This document shows, piece after piece, positions 21,699 to 32,014 of a stretch of DNA of 64,000 nt. The DNA is from Oxalobacteraceae bacterium (GTDB lineage: Bacteria > Pseudomonadota > Gammaproteobacteria > Burkholderiales > Burkholderiaceae_D). The notes beneath the pieces are model-generated. The model did not search any database, was not told the origin of the DNA, and saw only the letters and a program-made list of their open reading frames with translations. The stretch lies in the NCBI GenBank assembly GCA_021298975.1, contig JAJTGC010000005.1, forward strand, positions 3,340 through 67,339, written 5' to 3'. The position numbers were made by a program, and so were the translations under genes. The first letter of the stretch is position 1. Every line of letters starts with the position of its first letter.

Positions 21699-22610
21699 TT
21701 AAATTTTTCCGAGTACCAGATACTCGAGCAAGGCCTTTTGTACATGCAGCCGGTTTTCAGCTTCGTCCCAGACCACGGACTGCGGCCCGTCGATTACCTC
21801 TGCCGATACTTCTTCGCCGCGATGCGCGGGCAGGCAATGCATGAACAAGGCGTCCTTGTTGGCGCGTTTCATTTTGGCGGCATCGACGATCCAGCCCTCG
21901 AAGGCCTTCAGGCGAGCGGCGTTTTCTTCTTCATAGCCCATGCTGGTCCAGACATCGGTCGTGACCAGATCAGCGCCTTCGCAAGCATCTGCCGGGTTTT
22001 TGAACGCTGTGTAGCGTTGATGGTTAGCAGATACCAGCGCCGGGTTGATGTCATAGCCAGTGGGTGTGGAAACATTCAGATGGAAGCCGAACACCTCCGC
22101 CGCTTGCAGCCATGAATACAGCATGTTGTTCGCATCACCCACCCAGGCGACGGTTTTGCCGGCGATCGAGCCGCGATGCTCAATGTAGGTGAACACATCG
22201 GCAAAGACCTGGCAGGGGTGGTGCTCATTGGTCAGGCCATTGATCACGGGTACGCGGGAGTTGGCGGCAAAGCGCTCGATGATCTCCTGACCAAAGGTAC
22301 GGATCATGATGATGTCGCACATCCGAGACATCACCTGCGCCGCATCTTCCACCGGTTCGCCTCGGCCCAGCTGGCTGTCGCGGGTATTCAGGTAAATGGC
22401 GGCACCGCCAAGCTGATGCATTCCCGCCTCGAAGGATAGCCGGGTGCGCGTGGAATTCTTTTCGAACACCATCACCAGCGTGCGATCCATCAGCGGATGG
22501 TAGGGCTCGTAATTCTTGAATTTGCGTTTGATGATCTTCGTGCGCTCGATCAGATAGTCGTACTCCGCGAGAGTGAAGTCGGCAAACTGCAGAAAGTGTT
22601 TGATTGCCAT
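21699..22610 (-). CDS. argF: Ornithine carbamoyltransferase
   Basis: STRTR carbamoyl-phosphate motif, HPCQ, WTSMG, HCLPAHRGEEV. Confidence 0.97.
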   Translation of the reverse strand: MAIKHFLQFADFTLAEYDYLIERTKIIKRKFKNYEPYHPLMDRTLVMVFEKNSTRTRLSFEAGMHQLGGAAIYLNTRDSQLGRGEPVEDAAQVMSRMCDIIMIRTFGQEIIERFAANSRVPVINGLTNEHHPCQVFADVFTYIEHRGSIAGKTVAWVGDANNMLYSWLQAAEVFGFHLNVSTPTGYDINPALVSANHQRYTAFKNPADACEGADLVTTDVWTSMGYEEENAARLKAFEGWIVDAAKMKRANKDALFMHCLPAHRGEEVSAEVIDGPQSVVWDEAENRLHVQKALLEYLVLGKI

Positions 22611-22869
22611 AAATGAAAAACGGCAGCTAGCCGGGCCGGCAGCCGCCGAGTGTTTTAACCCGTTGGATTATAAGGGTTTTGGGCGTGTTCGGACAGGCCG
22701 CGGCTGTGAATGAGTCTCTCTGCTGAATATCCGGTCGTCAGGCAATTTGCTTGCGTTGTTAAGCGCAAATTGATGCATTAATTGCAATATTTATCTCGCT
22801 GCCAGTCCGTATTTAAGCGGTGTCTATCAGTCTACCGGCGTATTGCTCAGAATCAGTCAAGCGCAGTCG

Positions 22870-23973
22870 TCACTGGCGGTCGTTACCTATGTCTATATAC
22901 GGATTGGTTAATCGCTGCGGGTTACTTGTTGACAACAGATTGGTTGATTTTTGGTTCGGATAGATCCTATTTATGACTGCTTCTGGCATCAAGAATTTGT
23001 CGCCTTCGAAAAAATCTTGTACTTTTTTTAGCGATTCCATCTTTCGCTCCTCACTGATCCACCAGCTGGTCGAGAATAAAATATCGATCGTGGCTCGGAT
23101 TTCGGCATCTTTTTTGGTGAATTCATCGGTCCACTCTTCGCTATTTTTTTCTGCACCGAGCACGTATTCAATCGTTGAAATGAGTTGGTTTTTTATGTCT
23201 TCATCTTTTGGGGTGATCGAGCGTTGTTTGATTTCATTTTCTATTTCATCCAATTTCTCTACGATCTCCTTCTGCAATTCTTTTAGACGAGAAAGGCTGC
23301 TTACGGAACAATTATTTTCAGAGGAATGCGTGCTCTTGCCAGGTTGAGCTGCCAGTAATTCTTCTTGCTTTTTAAAATGATTATTCAGGCTATCTTTTAT
23401 ATGTTTAATAACTTCCTCATATTTGTCGGCATGCTCTTTTTTCAAAATTTCTTTGGATGTAAAAGCTCTCTCAATACTACCCAGCTTAAATTTATATTTT
23501 TTTGAAAAACTATCATCTGAACTTATAAATTGTTTTAAATCAGAAAAAAGATCCTCAGTTTTGTATTTACCTTTATAAAAATTAATTTCGTAGTCTTCGG
23601 GTAATGCATAGTCTGCGAGAATTTGTTTCAATTTTGATTCATTTTCTCCAGTCACAGCTCCAGTTCTTGCCTCAGATCGTATGGACTGCAATAAATCTTG
23701 CGTGCTTTTAGGATCGTTGGTTGTTAGACGGTTAATTCCCTTGACTCCGACGCTTTGCAGCAAAGGGCGGAATGTTTCATGCGCCATACAAAAATCTTCA
23801 ATACCGTACTTCATCATGGTTTTTATTTTATCTTTGAAGCTGTTGATCGAATCAATGTCTTTTCGCTGGTAGATGCGTAGGGATGAACTGCCATCACTCT
23901 CAACTTTTTCCTTCAGCATAATCGGGCTATTTTCATTCCGGCTGAAACTACCTAGTTCAATTTTGATGATCAT
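22870..23973 (-). CDS. AT-rich orphan hypothetical protein (367 aa, Lys/Glu/Ser-rich, probably helical)
   Basis: A long open frame in AT-rich DNA is unlikely by chance; GAGG RBS upstream; no recognisable motif. Confidence 0.8.
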   Translation of the reverse strand: MIIKIELGSFSRNENSPIMLKEKVESDGSSSLRIYQRKDIDSINSFKDKIKTMMKYGIEDFCMAHETFRPLLQSVGVKGINRLTTNDPKSTQDLLQSIRSEARTGAVTGENESKLKQILADYALPEDYEINFYKGKYKTEDLFSDLKQFISSDDSFSKKYKFKLGSIERAFTSKEILKKEHADKYEEVIKHIKDSLNNHFKKQEELLAAQPGKSTHSSENNCSVSSLSRLKELQKEIVEKLDEIENEIKQRSITPKDEDIKNQLISTIEYVLGAEKNSEEWTDEFTKKDAEIRATIDILFSTSWWISEERKMESLKKVQDFFEGDKFLMPEAVINRIYPNQKSTNLLSTSNPQRLTNPYIDIGNDRQ

Positions 23974-24204
23974 GTATAACCTCGCTGTTATTTCCGTGAT
24001 TGATGTTTGTTTTCCCTGAGCCTACTCATGCGATCCGTCTGTTTTTTTTGAATAAAAGTCTGCTCGCGAAGAAAGTGTCGTGGTTTTCATCACACTCGGA
24101 CACCTTACGATATGCCGCTTCAGCAAGTATCCTCGAACAAAGACTTTCAAGAAATAACGACGCACATATCAAATCATTGCTTTAGAGGGCAGTGATTTTT
24201 GGTG

Positions 24205-24229
24205 GCGAAAGATGGGGTTTAGTTCCGAA
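24205..24229 (-). promoter_or_regulatory. PIP/hrpII-box-like motif TTCGG-N15-TTCGC upstream of the orphan gene
   Basis: Exact TTCGB-N15-TTCGB match on the orphan's coding strand ~230 bp upstream; no canonical -10 element at 30-32 nt spacing. Confidence 0.35.
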
Positions 24230-24349
24230 GTCGGGAGCCTTCGGTTAATTCTGTTGTATTCATGCTGAAAAGTTTTGGCTCATCACCAAAGCAAATCATT
24301 ACCTGTGGGTGCTGGCGTTGTTTTCGCTTCTGCTCTTACCGCTGGTTGT

Positions 24350-25243
24350 TCAGTAGTGCGGTTTTTGAAGCGATTCGTGCCTGAGTTGCAGATAAAGCTG
24401 ATGTCTTCCCGCAGAAATCTTTCCTGTATCGATGGCGTTAAGCACTGCACAGTCTGGTTCCGCCACATGATGGCAATTGGTGAACCGGCACTGCCCCAGC
24501 ACGGATTCGAATTCCGGAAAAGCCCGCTCCAGCATGCCCTCGGAGAGATGGTAAAGGCCAAACTCCTGGAAGCCGGGTGAATCAATCACGCTGGATTGTT
24601 CATCGAGCGTATAGAGCCGGGTAAAAGTCGTGGTGTGTTTGCCGGTATCCAGTCGCTGAGAAATTTCCCGAACAGCGATTTCCGCATCGGGCACCAGCAG
24701 ATTCACCAGCGAGGATTTGCCCATGCCGGACTGGCCGATCAGTATTGTCGACTGACCTGACATCAGCGGCTGCAAAATGGCCAGTGTTCCGGTCGGATCT
24801 GCTTTCGCACTGACTTCGTGTACGGCGTAACCCAGTCCTTGATAGAGCGCGAGCCTGTCGCGCGCAGCCGGTAGCAGTTGCGCTATGTCCGTTTTATTCA
24901 AGATCAGGTGGGCTGTGATGCCGGCAGCATTTGCCGCGACCAGTGATCGTGATATCAGATCATCTGAAAAGCCGGGCTCGGTCGCCACCACAATAAACAG
25001 TTGCGTGACATTGGCTGCCAGCAGCTTGGACTTGTATTGATCTGAGCGGTAGAGGAGGGTGTCGCGTAGCAGGATTTCGTCGATGACCGCCTGATCCGGC
25101 GAAGTGGCGGACAGGCGAACACGATCGCCGGTGGCGACATCGCTCTTTTTTCCGCGTGTGACGCACTGCAGGGCTTTGCCGTCGGCATGCGCAAGATAAT
25201 GTCGGCCGTGCGCGGCAACGATCAGTCCCTGCAGTTCACTCAT
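24350..25243 (-). CDS. rsgA: Ribosome small subunit-dependent GTPase A
   Basis: Circularly permuted GTPase motifs [23 protein letters not shown]; zinc motif [14 protein letters not shown]. Confidence 0.96.
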   Translation of the reverse strand: MSELQGLIVAAHGRHYLAHADGKALQCVTRGKKSDVATGDRVRLSATSPDQAVIDEILLRDTLLYRSDQYKSKLLAANVTQLFIVVATEPGFSDDLISRSLVAANAAGITAHLILNKTDIAQLLPAARDRLALYQGLGYAVHEVSAKADPTGTLAILQPLMSGQSTILIGQSGMGKSSLVNLLVPDAEIAVREISQRLDTGKHTTTFTRLYTLDEQSSVIDSPGFQEFGLYHLSEGMLERAFPEFESVLGQCRFTNCHHVAEPDCAVLNAIDTGKISAGRHQLYLQLRHESLQKPHY

Positions 25244-25246
25244 GCG

Positions 25247-25597
25247 TCAGTGAAAGCTGCTGTCGAAAACGGCATCGATCTTCGCGGCACAAATAAAGTC
25301 GTTGGCAGACAGGCCGCCTTTCGCTTCATTGACCGAGTGCGTGTCGTAGCGTACTTCGCAGCGGTTGTAGCCGATGATTAGCTCGGGATGATGGTCTTCT
25401 TTGTGGATGATCTCGGCGATCGCATTCACGAACGCCAGCGTCTGATGATAATCACTGAACCGAAACAGGCGTACTAGCTTGCCATTGGCGACATGCCAGT
25501 CAGTGAGTATGGAAAGCGCTGCGGTAACTTCATCCGCTGAAGCTGCCTGCGTCAGATGACGGCAGGCTGCCTTCAGCAGCGATTCACGGGTGATCAT
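25247..25597 (-). CDS. phhB: Pterin-4-alpha-carbinolamine dehydratase
   Basis: EDHHPEL, THS and GLSANDFICAAKID motifs. Confidence 0.9.
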   Translation of the reverse strand: MITRESLLKAACRHLTQAASADEVTAALSILTDWHVANGKLVRLFRFSDYHQTLAFVNAIAEIIHKEDHHPELIIGYNRCEVRYDTHSVNEAKGGLSANDFICAAKIDAVFDSSFH

Positions 25598-26853
25598 CAG
25601 CCGGCGAGCAGCTTTTGCACCCGGACACTGGCGGGTGGGTGGGAATCGTAGAAAGCCGAGTGCAAGGGATCAGGCGTTAATGTCGACGCATTGTCTTCGT
25701 AGAGCTTGACCAGTGCCGAAATCAGATCTTGCGAATTGCTGTGCTTTGCCGCAAACGCATCCGCCTCGAATTCATTTTTGCGCGATGAAATTGACAGCAC
25801 AGGCGAGAACAGGAAAGTGAACACCGGCAGCGCAAACATGAACAGAATCAGCGCCATTGCGTCATTACTCGCTGCCATCATGGGTTCGACGCCGAGCCCC
25901 TGATAGAACCAGACTTGATTTTTCAGATAGCCCAGCAAAGCGAGGAACGCCAGGGAAAGGATGAACATCACGGCAATGCGCTTGATCACATGATTGAGCT
26001 TGAAATGACCGAGTTCATGGGCCAGTACCGCTTCGATTTCATTCGGTGCCAGACGCGACAACAGCGTATCGAAGAAGACGATGCGCTTGGCCGCACCAAA
26101 ACCGGAAAAATACGCATTGCCGTGGGCACTGCGGCGCGAACCGTCCATCACAAACAAACCTTTGCTGGCGAATCCGACGCGCTGCATCAGGCCTTCGATG
26201 CGTGCGCGCAGACTTTCATCTTGCAAGGGCGTGAATTTATTGAACAGCGGTGCAATCAGGTTTTGGTAAAAGCCCAGCATGAAAATCTGGAAGCCACACC
26301 AGATCAGCCAGGCGTACAGCCACCACAGTGATCCCGCTTTTTCCATCAGCGCGAGGGTGACCCAGATCAGCGGCAGACCAATCGCGGCGCCCACCAGCGT
26401 GTGCTTGAGCATGTCGGAGAAGAACAGACCGGGCGTCATTTTGTTGAAGCCAAATTGTTCTTCCAGACGAAATTGTTTGTAGTAATCGAATGGCAGATCA
26501 ACCACGCTGCCGATCACCGTTACTGCAGCGATCAGACCCAGCTGGTACATCATGCCCGCGCCGGCCACATCGAACAGCGTCATCGACAGCCATTGCAGAC
26601 CCCCCAGTAGTGTGAAGCCGAGGAGCACCGCGGCGTTCACCACCAGCAGTACGATTTTGAGCCGGGTCTTGGCGATGGTGTAGTCCGCAGCTTTCTGATG
26701 CGCGGCGAGCGGGATCTTGTGGGCGAACTGCTGGGGCACGGCGTCGCGGTGCTGAGCAATGTGCCTGATGTGGCGCGTGGACAGCCAGAGCTTGACGGCC
26801 AGCGTTGAGAGCAAAAAGGCGGCGAACAACAAGGAGAAGCTTTGCGGATCCAT
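25597..26853 (-). CDS. M48 family (Ste24-like) membrane zinc metallopeptidase
   Basis: Multiple TM segments, HGNAYFSG, HELGH, EFEADAFA, SHPP. Confidence 0.95.
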   Translation of the reverse strand: MDPQSFSLLFAAFLLSTLAVKLWLSTRHIRHIAQHRDAVPQQFAHKIPLAAHQKAADYTIAKTRLKIVLLVVNAAVLLGFTLLGGLQWLSMTLFDVAGAGMMYQLGLIAAVTVIGSVVDLPFDYYKQFRLEEQFGFNKMTPGLFFSDMLKHTLVGAAIGLPLIWVTLALMEKAGSLWWLYAWLIWCGFQIFMLGFYQNLIAPLFNKFTPLQDESLRARIEGLMQRVGFASKGLFVMDGSRRSAHGNAYFSGFGAAKRIVFFDTLLSRLAPNEIEAVLAHELGHFKLNHVIKRIAVMFILSLAFLALLGYLKNQVWFYQGLGVEPMMAASNDAMALILFMFALPVFTFLFSPVLSISSRKNEFEADAFAAKHSNSQDLISALVKLYEDNASTLTPDPLHSAFYDSHPPASVRVQKLLAG

Positions 26854-26920
26854 AGGCTGTCTATGAGAAAATGACGGTTTCAGGGTTCTTCACACGAAGA
26901 GACCAGTTCAGGAACAGATT

Positions 26921-27508
26921 ATGTCACAAGCTTTTGAAGCGCATCCGCCAGCTGCCGTCGCCGTCCGCCCCAATGAAATGAATCTCGTCTGGATCGACAT
27001 GGAAATGACCGGCCTTTACCCGGACAGTGACCGTGTTATCGAGATTGCAGCGATCGTCACCGATGCCGACCTGAATATCCTTGCCGAGGGTCCGGTCTTT
27101 GCCATTCACCAAACTGATGAAGTGCTGGACAAGATGGACGCCTGGAACAAGGGAACCCACGGCCGCTCGGGGCTTATCGAGAAGGTAAGGGCATCCACCG
27201 TCACCGAGGAGGAGGCCAGCATACAGATGATCAGCTTTCTGCGGCAATACGTCCCGGCGGGGAAATCACCGATGTGCGGCAATTCAATTTGTCAGGACCG
27301 GCGCTTCATGGCACGCCATATGCCCCAACTGGAGCAGTTTTTTCATTATCGGAATGTGGATGTCTCCACCATCAAGGAGCTGTGCCGGCGCTGGAAACCC
27401 GAACTGATCAGCGGTTTCAAAAAACATCAGATGCATACGGCGCTGGCCGATATCCTCGAATCCGTCGAGGAGTTGCGGTATTACCGTGAGCACTTCATCA
27501 AAGTCTGA
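26921..27508 (+). CDS. orn: Oligoribonuclease
   Basis: [45 protein letters not shown] (DEDDh). Confidence 0.97.
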   Translation: MSQAFEAHPPAAVAVRPNEMNLVWIDMEMTGLYPDSDRVIEIAAIVTDADLNILAEGPVFAIHQTDEVLDKMDAWNKGTHGRSGLIEKVRASTVTEEEASIQMISFLRQYVPAGKSPMCGNSICQDRRFMARHMPQLEQFFHYRNVDVSTIKELCRRWKPELISGFKKHQMHTALADILESVEELRYYREHFIKV

Positions 27509-27602
27509 TGCGCTGGCTGGTCGGGATCGGTCTCGCCCGGCCTTGGCGAGCGGGTCAACTTGTCTTGAAAACGCGTCCTCGCTGAACCGGTAAAGCGCAG
27601 CG

Positions 27603-28190
27603 TCACTGCGCACGTCGCGCTTGCCAGAACCGACGAATCTGTGGAATCGACGCCTCGATTTCAACGGCGAGCTTATGGCACTTCAGCGGATCATCGACCA
27701 GACTGAGTTCTTGTTCCTCTATTTCTTCTGCACCCAGCAGATCAAAAGCGCGCAGCAGACCGCCCTGAGCTGAGTCGCGCAAGGCCTGCCATGCCGCATG
27801 CCGCAGTTTGACACCCTCGAGAAATCCCCAGGCCCAGGCTTCGGCATCCAGCAGGGATTTGCCTTGCCATTGCAATTCGCAAAACAGGGGCTCGAAATCT
27901 GCTGGTGCCACTTCCAGTGTCACTTCGATATCTTCCAGGGTCCGTTCCATCAGATGCGTGATTCTGTTGGCTACCTGCGGGGATTCGAAGACAGGGATGT
28001 CTTCGGAATCAGTGCCCCAGACAGCCAATGACCATTCGTGGGCTGGAATTTTTTCCGGGCCAATGGCAATGGCCGTCAGAAAGCCATGCAACGCATCCAT
28101 GGTCATCGCATCATCGCTGCATTCATCGGACATCAGGAAGCGATCCAGTTCATCGAATTCCTGTTCTGACAGCAAGGGGTCGGTGTGCAT
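27603..28190 (-). CDS. UPF0149/YecA family protein
   Basis: PLLSEQEFDELDRFL, LHGFLTAIAIGP and WAWGFLEGV pattern; start uncertain. Confidence 0.85.
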   Translation of the reverse strand: MHTDPLLSEQEFDELDRFLMSDECSDDAMTMDALHGFLTAIAIGPEKIPAHEWSLAVWGTDSEDIPVFESPQVANRITHLMERTLEDIEVTLEVAPADFEPLFCELQWQGKSLLDAEAWAWGFLEGVKLRHAAWQALRDSAQGGLLRAFDLLGAEEIEEQELSLVDDPLKCHKLAVEIEASIPQIRRFWQARRAQ

Positions 28191-28275
28191 GCGCGTCTCA
28201 TCAAATAAACAGCACACAGTGTAACCGCTGCAGCGAAGGCGCAGTGAGCGGTCTGGGGAAGACTACAATGCGGTC

Positions 28276-29265
28276 ATGATAAAACTGCCGCCATCTTCTT
28301 TTTCCGAACTCTCCCCCGATACCGTACTTGATGCGCTTCAGTCACTCGGTTTGTACGGCGATGGCCGTTTGCTCGCGCTGAACAGTTATGAAAATCGTGT
28401 CTATCAGGTCGGTATGGAAGGCGCCGCGCCGGTGATTGTGAAATTCTATCGTCCCGGGCGTTGGACGGATATGGCCATTCGCGAAGAGCATCAATTTGTC
28501 GATGCACTCCATGCGCAAGAGATTCCTGTGGTGCCGGCCATGCGCATCGCAGACGATACCCTGCACATCTACGACGGCTATCGGTTCGCGGTCTTTCCAC
28601 GGCAAGGGGGACGTGCCCCCGAATTGGATCGCGACGATACGCTGGAGCAGACCGGTCGGCTCATGGGGCGCATTCATGCGGTGGGTGCGGGTAGCCTGTT
28701 TGCGCACCGACCCGTGCTGGATGCGGTGAGCTTTGGCGATGAGCCGCGTGATTGGCTGCTTGCGCATGATTTCATTCCGCCGGATTTGCTCGATAGCTGG
28801 CAAAGCGTGACGGCGCAGGCACTGGAGGGCGTGCGCCACTGCTATGAACGTGCGGGTTCTTTGCGCCTGTTACGTTTGCATGGCGATTGTCATGTCGGGA
28901 ATGTGCTGTGGACCGACGACGGTGCGCACTTCGTGGATTTTGATGACAGTCGCAACGGACCTGCGGTTCAGGATCTGTGGATGCTGCTCTCGGGTGAGCG
29001 TCAGGAGCGCAGCGCGCAACTGGCCACGCTGCTGGCTGGCTATGAAGATTTTTTCGAGTTCAATCCGCGCGAGCTGCATCTGATCGAAGCTCTGAGAACC
29101 CTGCGCTTGCTGCATTATTCTGCGTGGCTGGCCAGGCGCTGGGATGACTCGGCTTTTCCGATGGCTTTTCCCTGGTTTAATACGGTGCGTTACTGGCAGG
29201 ACCGCATTCTGGAATTACGCGAGCAAGTTGCGCTGATGGATGAGCCGCCATTGTGGCCACTTTGA
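28276..29265 (+). CDS. srkA: Stress response Ser/Thr kinase SrkA/RdoA (YihE)
   Basis: LNSYENRVYQ, KFYRPGRW, LHGDCHVGN, DFDD, RRWDDSAFPMAFPWF. Confidence 0.93.
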   Translation: MIKLPPSSFSELSPDTVLDALQSLGLYGDGRLLALNSYENRVYQVGMEGAAPVIVKFYRPGRWTDMAIREEHQFVDALHAQEIPVVPAMRIADDTLHIYDGYRFAVFPRQGGRAPELDRDDTLEQTGRLMGRIHAVGAGSLFAHRPVLDAVSFGDEPRDWLLAHDFIPPDLLDSWQSVTAQALEGVRHCYERAGSLRLLRLHGDCHVGNVLWTDDGAHFVDFDDSRNGPAVQDLWMLLSGERQERSAQLATLLAGYEDFFEFNPRELHLIEALRTLRLLHYSAWLARRWDDSAFPMAFPWFNTVRYWQDRILELREQVALMDEPPLWPL

Positions 29266-29275
29266 TCAGAGTCAA
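29262..29275. promoter_or_regulatory. FNR-box upstream of the USP gene, overlapping the srkA stop codon
   Basis: TTGAT-CAGA-GTCAA versus consensus TTGAT-N4-ATCAA. Confidence 0.7.
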
Positions 29276-29334
29276 TTTTTTCTTTTCTCTATTTTGATAG
29301 GCTCGGGTAAATAGCTGATCTGAAAGGACGCACC

Positions 29335-29787
29335 ATGTTTCGCAAGTTACTCATCCCCACAGACGGCTCGGCGCTGTCCGAAAAATCTGCAAAAGCCGCG
29401 TTTGCGTTCGCCTCTGCCACAGGCGCATCGGTGGTTGGCCTGTCAGTAGCGCAGCTCTATCCCTTCATGCTCATGCCGGAAGCCGGCGCCATGGTCGACC
29501 TGAGTTCCTACGAAGAGATTCAGGACAAGACGGCGCAGCAGTCGATGCAAAAACTGCAGGCCATGGGCGCCGATGCGGGTGTCGCCTGCGAAGTGCTCTC
29601 TACGCGTGGCGTGCATCCCTACGAAGAAATCATCAAGACGGCCGAGAGTCACGGCTGCGATCTGATCTGGATGGCTTCGCATGGTCGCAAAGGTCTGGAT
29701 AAATTGTTGTTGGGTAGCGAAACCCAGCGTGTACTGTCGCATGCGCGCCTGCCAGTGCTGGTCTATCGCGACCCGGACGCCAAGTAA
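29335..29787 (+). CDS. Universal stress protein (single domain)
   Basis: LLIPTDGS; DLIWMASHGRKG..LLLGSETQRVL..PVLV. Confidence 0.93.
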   Translation: MFRKLLIPTDGSALSEKSAKAAFAFASATGASVVGLSVAQLYPFMLMPEAGAMVDLSSYEEIQDKTAQQSMQKLQAMGADAGVACEVLSTRGVHPYEEIIKTAESHGCDLIWMASHGRKGLDKLLLGSETQRVLSHARLPVLVYRDPDAK

Positions 29788-29798
29788 CCGCATGACAG

Positions 29799-30638
29799 CT
29801 AATGGGCCATGAGCACAGGCAGCGTCATTGATTCCAGCACCGTCCGTGTCGCGCCACCCAGCAAAATTTCCCGAAAACGCGTGTGGCCATAGCCACCCAT
29901 CACCAGCAGATCGGATCCCTGATCAGCGCAGAGCGACAGCAAGGCATCGCCGATATCAATGTCGGTACGGTGGCTCATGACATTTACCGGCACACCATGT
30001 CGCGCCAGATAAAGTGCGAGGTCACTGCCAGGCACCTCGCCATGCGCCTCATCTTGTGCTGATGCATTGAAGACCACCACATCGACCATGGAAGCATTTT
30101 TCAGAAGCGGTAAGGCACGGGTGACAGCACGCGTTGCGGTGAGGCTGGCATCCCAGCCAATCAGGATGCGTGAGAAGGGCTGGATGCGCTGGCTTGCGAA
30201 AGGCACGATCAGCACCGGATGCGCGCTCTGCATTAGTACCGACGCCGGGAAATCCGACATCAGGCCAGGTACGGGATCATCCGGATCGAATTGCCCGATC
30301 ACGGCCAGATCGGCATAGCGTGTTTGCCTGCTCATGCCGGCGGCAGGATCGTCGTCGACCAGTCGCGATTCTACTGAGGCTACGCCGGCTTGATGCGCGA
30401 TAGCTTCAAATTGTCTCAATGCCTCTCGTGCGTGGTCACGCAATGCCTCCACATGATGCATCAGCACCGGATCGGGCGGGCGCAGGGGATTGTCTTGAAA
30501 GACGATACGGGAGATGCCTGTCATGGCAGTACCGATTAGGTGGGCATCATGGTCAATCGCCATTTGTGCAGCCAGGTTAATGCGTGTGGTGGCTTGTCTT
30601 GACGTATCAACATGTACGAGCAGAGTTTTGAAATTCAT
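29799..30638 (-). CDS. Universal stress protein (tandem domain)
   Basis: KTLLVHVD, ILIGWDAS, DLLVMGGYGHTRFREILLGGATRTVL, PVLMAH. Confidence 0.93.
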   Translation of the reverse strand: MNFKTLLVHVDTSRQATTRINLAAQMAIDHDAHLIGTAMTGISRIVFQDNPLRPPDPVLMHHVEALRDHAREALRQFEAIAHQAGVASVESRLVDDDPAAGMSRQTRYADLAVIGQFDPDDPVPGLMSDFPASVLMQSAHPVLIVPFASQRIQPFSRILIGWDASLTATRAVTRALPLLKNASMVDVVVFNASAQDEAHGEVPGSDLALYLARHGVPVNVMSHRTDIDIGDALLSLCADQGSDLLVMGGYGHTRFREILLGGATRTVLESMTLPVLMAH

Positions 30639-30778
30639 CGTGACTCAATTTTCAATGTACTTTTACAAACTCAGGACACTGGATCCCATCGTGCACCGGG
30701 CGCGAGTGGTGAATTCGGATCGCCTGCGATCCATCCCCGCAGCAGTCATCAACTGCAGGTGCCGAAGGTGGGAATTTT

Positions 30779-30792
30779 TTGATCGCCGTCAT
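30779..30792. promoter_or_regulatory. Possible FNR-box upstream of the tandem USP gene
   Basis: TTGAT-CGCC-GTCAT, imperfect match, ~140 bp upstream of the start. Confidence 0.4.
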
Positions 30793-30921
30793 AACCACTG
30801 TCATCTCGGCGCACGCCCACTACTGTCCGGAACAATTCAAAGGCAATCGGCAGAAACGGTTGCAGACCCCAGCGATTTGGGATCTAATCCTGAGCGCCAA
30901 CTCACCGCCGAGGCCTGCAAC

Positions 30922-31119
30922 ATGTTCAGCATATATCGTTTCCAGGCTCTGATTCAAGCAATTCCACGTCCTTTGTTTGATCGATTGGATGCCCATCATC
31001 AGACAGACCGCTGGAGCCACTCTTCTCGATACTGGCAGCAACTCCTATCGATGATCTTTGTGCAACTCACTCGCTTGTCAGGCGTTTGTTGGAAACCAAT
31101 GAAAGCGTCACGCCCCTAG
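30922..31119 (+). pseudogene. IS4-family transposase N-terminal remnant (DUF4372-like)
   Basis: MFSIYRFQALIQAIPRPLFDRL..H..DRW....YWQQLLSMIFVQL matches the N-terminus of proteobacterial IS4 transposases; stops after 65 aa with no DDE domain. Confidence 0.7.
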
Positions 31120-31218
31120 CCCTGCGCATTCCTGCCGGCATTCACTTTACGATCGTACAGACATAAGAGCAAAACACTACGCATATACTGGCAGGGATTT
31201 GTGACTTAAGTTGCCTGC

Positions 31219-31899
31219 TCAGAATTTGGAAGCATCGATAATGCGCGCTAATTCAATCACATTACAAATACCTAATTTGTTCATCATATGCATGCGATGG
31301 AGCTTGACGGTTCTGATTGCGATACCCAGTTTGGCAGAAATATCACGGTTTAGAAGGCCTGCAGCCACCATGTGAGCAATTTGCGTTTCTCTGTCTGTCA
31401 GACGAGCCAGCCTGCTTTGTACATCATCAATTTCCATCCTCTCTTTTTGCTCATTTTCACTTTTTGCTAGTGCCTCACTGATGACGGCGAGCAGGTCTTC
31501 TTCGGAGAATGGCTTTATCAGAAAGTCGGCAGCGCCCCTTTTAAGTGCTTGGACTGCTTCTCGAGCGCTACTACCCCCGCTCATAAAAACAATCGGCGTA
31601 GTTTCAGATAAGTCAGTTAGCTTTTTTTGTAGATCAAGACCTGTTAATCCGGGCATTTTTACATCGAGCAGAAGGCATCGGGGTCCTGGGAATTCAGCGA
31701 TTGCCATATTAATTAAATTCAGATAGGCCTCAGCCGAGGCATATGAGTTTGTGGCATATCCTTCAGATTCCAGCGTAGACAAAATCGCATCGCGAACAGT
31801 CTCATCATCGTCAATGACAGCAACGCAGCCACGTGCATAACGTTCCGCTTCTTGCTTATCGCGTACGGTAACTATTTGACGAAATAATCTCTGATTCAT
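31219..31899 (-). CDS. FixJ/NarL-type response regulator (REC + LuxR HTH)
   Basis: VAVIDDD, LLDVKMPGLTG, FLIKPF, LTDRE...GLLNRDISAKLGIAIRTVKLHR. Confidence 0.92.
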   Translation of the reverse strand: MNQRLFRQIVTVRDKQEAERYARGCVAVIDDDETVRDAILSTLESEGYATNSYASAEAYLNLINMAIAEFPGPRCLLLDVKMPGLTGLDLQKKLTDLSETTPIVFMSGGSSAREAVQALKRGAADFLIKPFSEEDLLAVISEALAKSENEQKERMEIDDVQSRLARLTDRETQIAHMVAAGLLNRDISAKLGIAIRTVKLHRMHMMNKLGICNVIELARIIDASKF

Positions 31900-32014
31900 A
31901 ACAGATCTATCTCCAAAGGGCTTGGCGAAGTTAATCAGCAGTGCCAGTGATGCTGGGTTTAGTACTCAACATTCGCAGTGTGTTTCATTAATCGAGTCAC
32001 AAGCGTGATAATTG

